A stretch of DNA of 64,000 bases from Octopus sinensis (taxonomy: Eukaryota). The stretch is from the NCBI RefSeq assembly GCF_006345805.1, contig NC_042998.1, positions 205,840,001 through 205,904,000 of the forward strand, read 5' to 3'. Of the stretch, positions 12,230 to 24,314 are shown piece by piece (the first letter of the stretch is position 1; each line of letters starts with the position of its first letter). Below the pieces are notes generated by a model. The model ran no database searches and was not told the origin of the DNA. It was given only the letters and a program-made list of their open reading frames with translations. Both the position numbers and the translations under genes were made by a program.

Positions 12230-14180
12230 CCTAGTCACCCATATAGTTAACCAGAGTCATAGCCCAACTAATTAGGGAGAGAGTCAGGTTAGGTGAGATG
12301 CAGTTTGGGTTCATGCCAGGGAAAAGCACCACTGATGCTATATTCCTGGTAAGACAGCTGCAGGAGAAATACCTAGCCAAAGATAAAGCGCTGTACCTGG
12401 CTTTCGCTGACATGAAGAAAGCCTTTGACAGGGTCCCCTGATCCCTTATCTAGTGGTCAATGAGGAAACTAGGGATAGATGAATGGTTAGTGAGAGCTGT
12501 GCGAGCCATGTAAAGGGACGCCGTCAGTAAGGTGAGGGTTGGCAACAAGTACAGTGAAGAATTCCGGGTAGGGGTCCACCAAGTTTCAGTCCTCAGCCCC
12601 CTCCTATTTATCATAGTCCTCCAGGCAATAACAGAGCTATTCAAGACAGGATGCCCCTGGGAGCTCCTCTATGCTGACAACCTTGCTCTAATTGCTGAGT
12701 CACTATCAGAACTAGAGGAGAAGTTTGAGGTGTGGAAACAAGGATTAGAATCGAAGGCCCTTAGAGTCAACCTAGCTAAAGCCAAAGTCCTAATAAGTAG
12801 GAAGGCAGGCAAACCACAAATCCCTTCAGGTAGATGGCCCTGCTTGATCTGTAGAAAAAGCATAGGCAGACTCTCTATAAGATGTACCCAGTGTAAACTA
12901 TGGACACATAAGAGGTGCAGCAATATCAAAGGAAGGCTAACTGGGAAAATAGTTTTTGTATGTGGCAGATGCTCGGGAGCAATAAACACTGAAAATGTGC
13001 AGAGAACAACTTCCACCACATTCCAGGGAAAAAAACTAGAAATAGTTGATAGCTTCCGTTACCTAGGTGACCAAGTCAGTAGCAGGGGAGGGTGCGATGG
13101 AAGTGTAGCTGCTAGAATAAGAATAGCCTGGGCAAAGTTCAGAGAGCTCTTACCTTTGCTGGTTACAAGGAGCCTCTCACTCAGAGTAAAAGGCAGACTG
13201 TATGACGCATGTGTACGAACAGCCATGCTACATGGCAGTGAAACATGGGCCGTGACTGCTGAGGACATGCGGAAGCTCGCAAGGAATGAAGCTAGTATGC
13301 TCTGATGGATGTGTAATATCAGTGCGCGTAAGAGACAGAGTGTAAGTACCTTGAGAGAAACGTTGGACCTAAGAAGCATCAAAAGTGATGTGCAGGAGAG
13401 ACAACTGCACTGGTATGGTCATGTGGCAAGAATGGATGAGGACAGCTGTGTGGAAAAGTGCCACACCCTAGCGGTTGAGGCAGACCCAGGAAGACCTGGG
13501 ATGAAGTGGTGAAGCACGACCTTCAAACATTAGGCCTCACCAAGGTAATGACTAGTGACCGAGACCTGTGCTTGAGAAGACATGGCAAGCCAAGTGAGAC
13601 TATAACCTCGTGGCCTATGCCAGGGCATAACTAGCCCACTTATGCGTACCTTTCCCTCTTTGGACACTAAACTCTGTTTGCGAAGACCTGTTGAGGCAAG
13701 TGAAATCAAAATCAAATTCGATGGCTGGCATCCATGCTAGTGGTGCGCTAAGAGCACCATCTGAGCGTGATTGTTGCCAGAGTGGCTAACTGGCTTCCGT
13801 GCCGGTGGCACGTAAAAAATACCATTTGAGCGTGATTGTTACCAGCGTCACCTTACTGGCACTTGTGCTGGTGGCACATGAAAAAACATTCAAGCTATGT
13901 CATTGCCAGTGCTGTTGGACTGGCTCCTGTCCAGGTGACATGTAATAAACACCATCTGAGCGTGGTCATTGCTTGTACCATCTGACTGGACCTCATGCGG
14001 GTGGCACGTAAAAGCACCCACTACACTCTTGGAGTGGTTGGCATTAGGAAGAGCATCCAGCTGTAGAAACTCTGCCAGATCTGATCGGAGCCTGGTGCAG
14101 CCATCAGGTTCGCCAGTCCTCAATCAAATCGTCCAACCCAGCTAGTATGGAAAGTGGACGTTAAACGATGATGATGATGA
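12230..14180 (+). mobile_element. 5'-truncated RTE-clade LINE, copy B (inverted relative to copy A)
   Basis: QFGFMPGKSTTDAIFLVRQLQEKYL, the 257-aa ORF 12532-13305, 3' UTR and (GAT)n tail ending 14180. Confidence 0.92.
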
Positions 14181-14740
14181 AGCATCAGATGTGGTGTGCA
14201 AGAGAGATGACTGCACTGGTATGGTCATATGATGCATATGGATGAGGACAGCTGTGTGGAAAAGTGTCACATCCTAACAGTGGAGGGAACCTGTGGAAGA
14301 AGTAGACTCAGGAAGAATGTTGGGCCGCATGTAGGCAATGACAAGCAACTGAGACCTTTGAAGATATGCTGTGCATGAGAAGTCCCGACAAGCCAAATGA
14401 GACCGTAACTGTGGCCCATGCCAGTGTAGCATAACCGGCCCATTTAAGAGTACCCTACTGATGCCAGTACTGCCTGACTGGCACCCATACCAGTGGCATG
14501 TATAAAGCACCATTCAAATGTGGTTGATGCCAGTGCTGCTTGACTGGTCCCTTACCTGTGGCACGTAAAAAGAATACCCAATACTCTCGGAGTGGTTGGT
14601 GTTAGGAAGAGCATCCAGCTCTAGAAACCTTGCTAGATAAGATTGGAGGCTGGTGCAGTCTTCTGGCTTGCCAATCCTCAGTCAAACCATCCAACCCATG
14701 TCAGCACAGAAAGCAGACATTAAATGATGATGACGATAAC
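14181..14740 (+). mobile_element. Older RTE LINE 3' fragment
   Basis: LHWYGHMMHMDEDSCVEKCH-like coding, then the family 3' UTR and (GAT)n. Confidence 0.75.
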
Positions 14741-15074
14741 GAAACAAAGTCATTGCTTGCATAATGAAGTGGTTTATTAAGAGGATTTGATATTAGAGAA
14801 AAAGGAAGAAGTTGCCACACTGAAGCATTTCCCCAAAGGAATTAGGAAGTGATATACTCTGAACTGAGAATCAACAATCAGGTTGCTGACTAAAGAAATA
14901 ATGAATTCTTGTAACAAAACCAGAACTATAATCAAAGTTATTCCAATTATGATCATCTCACCCTCTCAAATCTATGTGTCACTACATTATCTAATGTTTC
15001 CCTTTTTAGGTGATACAATGTGATATAAAGGATGTTTTGTTGCTATTTCTAGCTAGTCAAGCAACCATGTAGAC

Positions 15075-15270
15075 CAGTGGTTCTCAACCTTTCTAATATC
15101 CAGGTCAGATGTAAAACCTGGATTTTTTTTAGGGGACCATACCCAAAAAGGTAAAACACAAATCAATCAAAAAGAAATTTATAATGTTTATAGAGGGAAA
15201 CTGTGAAGGGCTGCTGGAAGGATGCTTGAGGGCTACATGGGGCCCTGAAAGCTATGGCTGAGAAGCACTG
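15075..15270. mobile_element. Possible hAT (Charlie-like) MITE
   Basis: Termini cagtggttctcaacc ... ggctgagaagcactg; the 8-bp TSD is not clean. Confidence 0.5.
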
Positions 15271-16202
15271 TAGTAAAGACCCAAACAGAGGTTGGACAAG
15301 GAGAGGATTTTTTTTGCCTCTTGTATGAGATTGACAAAATGTCTACTGTCTGACACACCCAGTGCCAATCCAAACACAATATCTGATATGACATATAACC
15401 AATGCAGTATCTTTGACAGTTTCAATAGATAATCGTAATATGCTTGCTCTTCATGTTTACATTTCACTGACATCAACTTTGTCCTTCATTCTTCCAATGT
15501 TGATAAAGTACTAGTGAAGTCCATAACTGTTTCTTATTTCAAATTTATACATTTGCACTGGCAGAATTTAGTATTTAGCTGTAGCCTTTTACTTTCTAAG
15601 TTCAAAACCTAGCAAGGTCAGTTTTACTTTTCATCTTTCTGAGATTAATAAATAAAGTACAAACATTAGAGTTGATTTAATCAATTGAACTCCACTCTTT
15701 GAAATTTACAGCCTGGTGCCTAAATTAGTAAGAGTTAATATTAATATTATTATTAGAAGTAAGGCAACGAACTGGCACAATTGTTAGAACACTGGAGGAA
15801 ACATTATGCTCAGAGTTAATGATATCAAATTTGGGCACAAGGTCAGCAGTTTTGGAAGAGGGGTTGATTACTTTGACCCCAGTATGCAACTGGTACTTAT
15901 TTTAATCAACCCTGAAAAGATGGAAGGCAAAGATGATCTTGGCAGAATTTGAACTCAGAACATAGAGATGGACAAAATGCCTAGCAACATTTTGTCAGGT
16001 GTACTAATGATTCTACCAGCTGGCCCCTTAAATAATAATAATAATAATGTTGGTGCCAAAATAAATTAAACCCAGTAGACTGGGTAAAGTGGTTGATTGA
16101 GGTTAGGGTTAGTCTTTAGGAATGGTAACTTGGACTGAGATGATCCATCCAGCCTATGTCGGCATGGGAAGCAGATATAACAAGAAGATGGATGAATAAT
16201 AA

Positions 16203-18410
16203 TAATTTCCTATATTTTCTGCAGTGGTATAGATGAGGGAACATCACAGGGACAATCTATAGTTTGGAGGTGGAGACTAAATGATGAGGGGAAAGGGAAA
16301 AGAGAGTGAAATAAGATAAAAGTATATTTATTGGCACACGTGAATGATGCAGTGCTCCTGATAGGGAGAATCTCCAACTGTAGCCAGTCAAGGAACCCCA
16401 CAGATACAGGATTACCTTGAACACCAACAACACAAGCCCTTGCCCAACTGTTGTCTTTCAATCTACAGGCATATGCTTAGGGTGATTCCATTCACCCTAA
16501 CCATTTCTGAATCTATAGGCATATGCTTAGGGTGATTCCATTCACCCTAACCATTTCTGAATCTATAGGCATATGCTTAGGGTGATTCCATTCACCCTAA
16601 CCATTTCTGAATCTACAGGCATATGCTTAGGGTGATTCCATTCACCCTAACCATTTCTGAATCTACAGGCATATGCTTAGGGTGATTCCATTCACCCTAA
16701 CCATTTCTGAATCTACAGGCATATGCTTAGGGTGATTCCATTCACCCTAACCATTTCTGAATCTACAGGCATATGCTTAGGGTGATTCCATTCACCCTAA
16801 CCATTTCTGAATCTATAGGCATATGCTTAGGGTGATTCCATTCACCCTAACCATTTCTGAATCTATAGGCATATGCTTAGGGTGATTCCATTCACCCTAA
16901 CCATTTCTGAATCTACAGGCATATGCTTAGGGTGATTCCATTCACCCTAACCATTTCTGAATCTATAGGCATATGCTTAGGGTGATTCCATTCACCCTAA
17001 CCATTTCTGAATCTATAGGCATATGCTTAGGGTGATTCCATTCACCCTAACCATTTCTGAATCTATAGGCATATGCTTAGGGTGATTCCATTCACCCTAA
17101 CCATTTCTGAATCTATAGGCATATGCTTAGGGTGATTCCATTCACCCTAACCATTTCTGAATCTATAGGCATATGCTTAGGGTGATTCCATTCACCCTAA
17201 CCATTTCTGAATCTACAGGCATATGCTTAGGGTGATTCCATTCACCCTAACCATTTCTGAATCTATAGGCATATGCTTAGGGTGATTCCATTCACCCTAA
17301 CCATTTCTGAATCTATAGGCATATGCTTAGGGTGATTCCATTCACCCTAACCATTTCTGAATCTACAGGCATATGCTTAGGGTGATTCCATTCACCCTAA
17401 CCATTTCTGAATCTATAGGCATATGCTTAGGGTGATTCCATTCACCCTAACCATTTCTGAATCTACAGGCATATGCTTAGGGTGATTCCATTCACCCTAA
17501 CCATTTCTGAATCTACAGGCATATGCTTAGGGTGATTCCATTCACCCTAACCATTTCTGAATCCATAGGCATATGCTTAGGGTGATTCCATTCACCCTAA
17601 CCATTTCTGAATCTACAGGCATATGCTTAGGGTGATTCCATTCACCCTAACCATTTCTGAATCTACAGGCATATGCTTAGGGTGATTCCATTCACCCTAA
17701 CCATTTCTGAATCCGTAGGCATATGCTTAGGGTGATTCCATTCACCCTAACCATTTCTGAATCTACAGGCATATGCTTAGGGTGATTCCATTCACCCTAA
17801 CCATTTCTGAATCTACAGGCATATGCTTAGGGTGATTCCATTCACCCTAACCATTTCTGAATCTACAGGCATATGCTTAGGGTGATTCCATTCGCCCTAA
17901 CCATTTCTGAATCTATAGGCATATGCTTAGGGTGATTCAGCAGAAACCACTTCCCACTCCACCCTCACTTTCCTTTCCAAAGGGTTAGGGTTAGACGTTG
18001 ATAAGGGATTGACTGAAGTGGAATGTGTCTTTCCTCAATCCTTTCAGTTTTATCCACCACACAACTGCTTTTTATCACAGCCACTAGGCATAGATACACT
18101 GCCTACCCTGCCTTATTAAAGGTGGTAAGTAAAGCAATCCTCAAGATGAACTCAGCCATGCAAAAGCTATTCAACATAACTCAGCAATACTCAGACATTG
18201 CACAAGTGTGTACAGTACAACATCATCACTCTGCATGCATCTCAGGCAGTCTGTGCCTGTAGAGTTTATCTTGAACCAGCAGTGCTCCACAGTAGGAGCA
18301 TCAGTACATGTCTGTGCATCAGCATCCATGCGTTTCAGTGGAAACTGGCAGCAGATGGACTGCCTGACCAAACAGGGACAGATGCAAAGCATAACGATCA
18401 GGCAGTGAAT
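16203..18410 (-). mobile_element. L1/Tx1-clade LINE 3' relic containing the 50-bp tandem array
   Basis: Minus strand reads LLVQDKLYRH, CLRCMQSDDVVLYTLVQC (zinc knuckle), VYLCLVAVIK..VVWWIKLKGLRKDTF, LERKVRVEWEVVSAE, then the array, then a 3' UTR sharing gact..gc.aca.ttgg.gattct with the sister copy at 19120. Confidence 0.75.
16460..17938. repeat. 50-bp minisatellite, 29 full copies plus a 29-nt partial copy
   Basis: Unit aatcta[c/t]aggcatatgcttagggtgattccattcaccctaaccatttctg in exact 50-bp register; rare variants at 17561, 17711 and 17891. Confidence 0.98.
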
Positions 18411-19119
18411 TATTATGGAGGTGGTGTAGGCATTCACCACTTCCCCTCAGCCTGTTTCAGAGTTTGGCACAAAGCCAGTAATTGAGGAAAAGAGGTGAAT
18501 CCCATCGACCTCTAAAATGATAAAAAGTAAGAACCAGAAGAAATGCTACTAAGCATACTGCCTGACATGCTGATGACTCTGCTAGCAGCTCACTGTCTTA
18601 ATAATAATCCTTTCTAGTATACACACAAGGCCTGAAACGTAGTGGAGGAGGGCATAAACAATTACATTAACCCCAGTTCTCAACTAGTCCTTATTTTATT
18701 GATCCAGAAGAATGAAAGACAAAGTCAATCTTGGTGAAATTTGAGCATAGCACATGAAGTGCTGGATAAAATGCTGCTAAACATTTTGTCAGATGCGTTA
18801 ATGATTCTGCCAGCTCACTGCTGTAATAATAATCCTTCCTACTAAAGGCACAAGGCCTAAAATTACGTGGGGGGGGGGGAGTAGTCAATTACATTGACCC
18901 CAGTGTTAAGGCCTGAATTTGTTGGGGACGGGGCTTGTCTATTACAGTGAGACCATTCCCTAACTCATACTTATTTTATCAACTCCAAAAGGATGAGAGG
19001 AAACGTTAGCCTTGCCTCGACAAAATTTGAACTCAGAACTTAAAATCAGACGAAATGCCACGAAGCATTCTGATTGGTGTGCTAATGATTCTTCCAGTAA
19101 TCATCATAATTAATAAGTA

Positions 19120-19635
19120 ATGGGCAGAGGCAGAGATTTCTGTGCTTTGTGGCTGTGGCAAAAGAGGCATGTGATGAATCTGTGTGGTGGACCCATCTGA
19201 AGGGCTTGAAGATGGGAACTTTCTTATTTGACCAAGCTCTCGTCAATGTCTTCAAGTATTATTTGAAGAGGAAGGTGAGGGTAGAGGGAAAGGTGCTACC
19301 TTCTAGTGTTTATTGAAAAGTGGATGAGACTGGAAAAACAGATGAAGCTGAACGGGGCTACCCTGAGCATGCTTTTCTAAGTAAGAGGATACTTTCCATT
19401 CCTTTTGAGACAGCAGAGTAATACCAAACATTTTGCTTGGGGAGTTTCCCCAATTTACCTTCAGTGGACTCAGCCACAATTGGGGATTCTATTTATTTAT
19501 TTTCTGAATTCCATTTATATACCTTTCTGTTCTTTTCCCCCATTTTTCATTAATGTAAACATCTTTTTGTGTGTTGCATTTTATCTTTTGATGCAGCCCT
19601 CAATGTCTTTTGCTCTTTCGGTCAATAAAAGAAAC
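19120..19635 (+). mobile_element. L1/Tx1-clade LINE 3' relic
   Basis: FLCFVAVAKEA..VWWTHLKGLKMGTFLFDQALVNVFKYYLKRKVRVEGKVL...MKLNGATLSMLF*, then a pyrimidine-rich 3' UTR and aataaa. Confidence 0.7.
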
Positions 19636-20252
19636 AATCATCATTATTATTGATTTCAGAGTTAAAGACAGAGCTACGGAACAATTCGTATTGTTATCGA
19701 TAACATTAAGGAAGGTAGAGTGTTGATAGAGATGGTCATGAATTAAATGATTTTGTTTTCATTGTTGTTCAACTCTACATTAGTCTTGATCGGATACATT
19801 TATGATCAAAGCCTTTCCAATAATGACTATCCTGTTTTGCTGTACATTTGAGACCACAATGAGCAATGTGTCCTTTGTTTCAGAGCAATAATGCAGCCGG
19901 CTGCTGCTTTTTTTTAAACCATGGAGAGTCCCCATTAGTTATGCTTAGTATTTTTGCACCTTGACATTTTGGGTTCAAATCTTGGGGTTAACTTTGTTTT
20001 TCATCTTTCTGGAGTCATTATGTACCAATTTCATTGACTGTAATATTTGCCATCAAATAGCAATGTTTGACTTTGCGTTAAAGAGAACATTATCATTGTT
20101 TTGACAACAGCAAGTGGCTGTGTCAAAGGTAAATCACCTGACTTAGACAGTCTTGCTCTACATGGCTTCTGGGTACAGGTCAGACTTGTTCACCCTTCTA
20201 TCATAATTGACAACAACATGGGAACATTGCTAGTAGTATTAGCTAATGAGCA

Positions 20253-20450
20253 GTGGTACTACTGACGAAGGACACGAAAGGAAGGGGTGACATCATTAAC
20301 AATTTCCAGCCCATCAATCTGCCAAATAAGACATTTACAATGTCTGTCAAGGTACTCAAGAATTTGGTAGTTTTTGTAGGTAGCGTGATCAGGATCAAGC
20401 AAACCTATGCAATCACACTAGATCTATTCATGACTAACTCCCCCACAGGT
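20253..20450 (+). mobile_element. L1/Tx1 RT N-terminal relic
   Basis: KDTKGRGDIINNFQPINLPN..KVL..KQTYAI resembles the NxRPIxLLN..KILAK..QTCAIPGR region. Confidence 0.5.
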
Positions 20451-21763
20451 GATACATAAAAGATCTAGTGGTTCATAAACCTAGCTTTGGTGTGGGCTCT
20501 AAATACACTGAGAACAATCCAAAGCCTTCAATATAATTATCCCTACAGGTGATGAGCTAATGCAATTATTAGCCCACCAAAGAAAATGCTGAATGACATT
20601 TCTCACAGCTTTATGTATTGAGTTCAGATTCTGCTGAGGGTAAATTTGCTTTCATACTTTTGGGGTCGGTAAAATAAGAACCAGTTGAGTACTGGGATCA
20701 ATGCAATTAATTTACCAATTCCCCCTCAAAACTGCTCTCTTTGTGTCTATAGTGAAAAGAATTATTATTATTGTAATTCTGAGTAGAGAGACAGATATAC
20801 ATACAATAAAAGAACAAAAAAGTATAGAAACTACAAGTACAGGCACAACACACACACACAAGAAGCAATGTTACTTGATAAAGCTTCTCCTGCCAGCAGT
20901 AATCCAAGGATTATCCATGCAATAACGAAACTATTTGATGTGTTGTAGAAGACAACAAAGAACCACCCCACTCACTGTCAAACAATAGAAATATTGGTAT
21001 TGTAATTATAATAATTATTAGTTTCTATTCCTGTTTTCTCAGACTCAATTGCAAGTAAGCCTCCTCCTCCTCCGTTTTTGGAATGTCTTCATGGGAATAT
21101 ATAGAATCGATGGCTGTTATAGTCATAGTTCGTAGATGAACAGAACCGAAATGCTTCTGAGTGGTGGCGAGGCTGAGTTTTATTTCATGCAACAAAATAC
21201 CAGAAATCAACAGTAAAGGTAGCATCGGCAGGGAAACAAAGGTGGACAAGTTGTAAATACAGTGAGAAAGCATATTTAGGTAGGTGATGGATGGAGGCGG
21301 GGGGTCAGAGATAGAGATATGATGGGTGGTGGGGAAGGCTTAAGGATAAGAGACAGAGAGAAATGATGCATGGATGGGTAGGTTGCAAGGGGTGGGGTGG
21401 ACATAGTGAAAGTAAAGATGACTAGTGGTGGTGAGGGAGAGATAATTTGATGGATGAGGAGGAGGGCGATGGATGAGCAATGTGGTGGGTAGAAAAGGTA
21501 ATATTAAGTATGAAGGATCAATATCAAAGAAGAAGGGTAGTGAGAAAGATAAATAGTATCAGGGAAAAATTGATGCAAGACTTCTCGTATTTTTATACTA
21601 GAGAGATGATGAGCAGAGGGAATGGCTTGGGAAGAAAAATGAGCAAAGGGCCCAACTGTGAATATATACACATTGTGCTTCCAGAATCTTAGTTTAGACG
21701 GGCAAGTCTTTTCAAGTACTGAATATTTCCAATCATCCTGCTCCATTTTTCCATGTTTGCACA

Positions 21764-22110
21764 TCATCATCATCATCATTTAACATCCGCTTTCCATGCT
21801 AGCATGGGTTGGATGATTTTGACTGAGGGCTGGCGAACCAGATGGCTGCACCAGGCTCCAATCTTGATCTGTCAAAGTTTCTACAGCTGGATGCCCTTCC
21901 TAACGCCAACCACTCTGAGAGTGTAGTGGGTGCTTTTTATGTGCCACCGGCATGGGGGCCAGTCAGGCAGTACTGCCAATGACCTCACTCGAATCTTTTT
22001 ACACATGCCACTGGCACAGGTGCCAGTAAGGCAACGTTGGTAACGATCATGCTCAAATGGTGCCCTTTTATGTGCCACGGCACAGGGGCCCGTCAGGCGG
22101 TACTGGCAAT
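21764..22110 (-). mobile_element. RTE LINE 3' UTR fragment
   Basis: (CAT)n plus the family 3' UTR. Confidence 0.75.
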
Positions 22111-22389
22111 GAGTTAGATAAATGTTATTTGAGGTGTTGTTTTACAGCTTGATGTCCTTCCTGGTGCTAACCTTCACCTGTTTATCAGGTAAGGGATCAC
22201 TAACACCACACAGCTTCAAATGCACAAAATCTTGGATCTACTGTTGATAAAAGAAACATCATTGACCACTGCACTTTCATACAAACTATCACAGATGTAG
22301 ACACACATAATAATAAGAAATGCAGTAAACAGTCCACTCAGACTACTTGGATTGGCCTACACAATCACTGGATCTCAATATAATCAAGA

Positions 22390-22926
22390 AGAGGTAGACC
22401 CAGGAAAACCTAGGACGAGGTGGTGAAGCACAACCTTCAAACATTGGGTCTCACCGAGGCATTGACTAGTGACCGAGACCTTTGGAAGTATGCTGTGCAT
22501 GAGAAGACCCGGCAGGACAAGTGAGACCATAACCCGTGGCCTCTACATGGGATGTAGCCAGCCCACTTATGCATACCTTTCCTTCTTACGACACAAAACT
22601 CTGCTTGCGAAGACCTGTTGAGGCAAGTGAAATCGAAATCAATCAAAAATCAATGGAAATTGTAGTTGTGATACCAGTGCCGGTGGCACATAAAAGAATC
22701 ATCTGAACATGACCATTGCCGGCGTGCCCTGACTGGCCTCTGTGCCGGTGGCACGTAAAAACCACCCACTACACTCATGGAGTGGTTGGCGTTAGGAAGG
22801 GCATCCAGTTGTAGAAACACTGCCAGATCAGACTGGGCCTGGTGCAGCCTCCTGACTTCCCAGACCCTGGTCAAACCTTCCAACTCATGCAAGCATGGAA
22901 AGCGGACGTTAAACGATGATGATGAT
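22390..22926 (+). mobile_element. RTE LINE 3' end
   Basis: GRPRKT..DEVVKHNLQTLGLTEALTSDRDLWKYAV-like coding, 3' UTR and (GAT)n tail. Confidence 0.8.
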
Positions 22927-23958
22927 TTATAGTGTGCTTTGGAGCAGCAAGTGAGTAGCTGCTTCTCTCTGCCATTGTTGCAGTGAGAATGGCTCAAAAT
23001 TCTTCAAACAACTGTTCAGAACCAGTAATGAGTCAATTCCTTGTGATTGATGCCAAAAGGAGGACCAACTCTATTTTAAATGATAAAACTTCTATTTTTA
23101 ACAAGACATTTGCATTATTTTATCCAACCCCTATATGTATGAATGGGGAGAGTTCATATCTCTCTACATAGTAAAGTCCAAAGACTCTTCTGTTGTACAT
23201 CATATATAATGCATTTGATAGTAAGGCTAGCTTGTTAACAACATAAACACATATTCTGCCAACATATTTACTTCCATATGAAGGAGTGTTGAATACCATG
23301 ATATTAACATTTATGAATAGAATAGATTATTAAGAATGAAGCAATATCTGGTTTTGTTGCCACTAGCTGAGAGATCTTAACTGAACACAGTTGAATAAGA
23401 TGTGACTGTGCATTTCCAAAAGTGAAATTAATGGGTTGAGTTTGGGGAGTTTTTAAAGAATTAAGTGAATGTAACAAGGTAAACACTATCGGATTTCATT
23501 CAGAGAAAATATGGCCATGAGGGGAGAGAGAGAGAAAATCAAGGAACCTCTCTAACCTAGTATATGTAGCTGTGAAATCTCTTGAAAAAAGAGAAACACA
23601 TTAGATAATGTGGTTCTAGATGTGCAAAGCCCACAAGAAAAACAGTATGGTCAAAGCTCATTAGGTCTACATGATAAGGGCTGAAGTGAGGCTAATCAAC
23701 AATAACATGGGCAGGGAGAACGGTGGAAACCAGAGTTTTCTAGAGAGGATTGCAGAGAGGACAAGAGTGAGAATCGAATAGTAAACATTAAAGAGCAAAC
23801 AAACATGTATACAGACACATACATGCAAACAAACACACATGTATGTGTATATACATATATATACATATCTAATGTAGGATAAAATTTTTTCAAAAAAAAA
23901 ATTTTTTATCAATGGCCAGCATATTAAAAAATACCTTTAAAGGTTAAATTATAAACAA

Positions 23959-24280
23959 CAGACGAAAAAATTTCTAATGCCAAATATGCCGAAAATTGGA
24001 CATATTGTCCATTTACCATATAATTTTTTTCCCAGTACGCATGCTACTCGAAAAAAGGTCGACAGAAATCTCTAATTACTTCTTTGCCACATGTATCACT
24101 GATGAAGGGAGGGTTCTTTTTGAACTAACCCTGAAATCGGTTCGATATGGTAATAATGGAATTTTTTAGAGATTTCTGTCCACCTTTTTTCGAGTAGCGT
24201 GCATACTGAAAAAAATTATATGGTAAATGGACAATATGTCTAATTTTCGGCATATTTAGCATTAGAAATTTTTTCATCTG
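23959..24280. repeat. Long inverted repeat (fold-back): arms 23959-24075 and 24166-24280
   Basis: 117- and 115-bp arms differing by 6 substitutions and a 2-nt indel; 90-nt loop. Confidence 0.95.
24094..24152 (+). ncRNA. Candidate type I hammerhead ribozyme
   Basis: Stem I TATCA/TGGTA; CTGATGA 24099-24105; stem II AGGG/CCCT plus GTTC/GAAC; GAAA 24133-36; stem III TCG-GTT-CGA; NUH triplet ATA, predicted cut after 24147. Activity untested. Confidence 0.6.
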
Positions 24281-24314
24281 CCCTTATTTATAAGTTGTAT
24301 GCATATATATATAT

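Noticed and set aside
12532-13305. 257-aa ORF as an active or domesticated reverse transcriptase
   Set aside because: It is bounded by premature stops, the catalytic YADD reads YADN, and the element is 5'-truncated.
16460-17938. CRISPR-like array (palindromic repeats at regular spacing)
   Set aside because: There are no unique spacers, units are contiguous and nearly identical, no cas genes are present, and the context is eukaryotic with a LINE origin for the unit.
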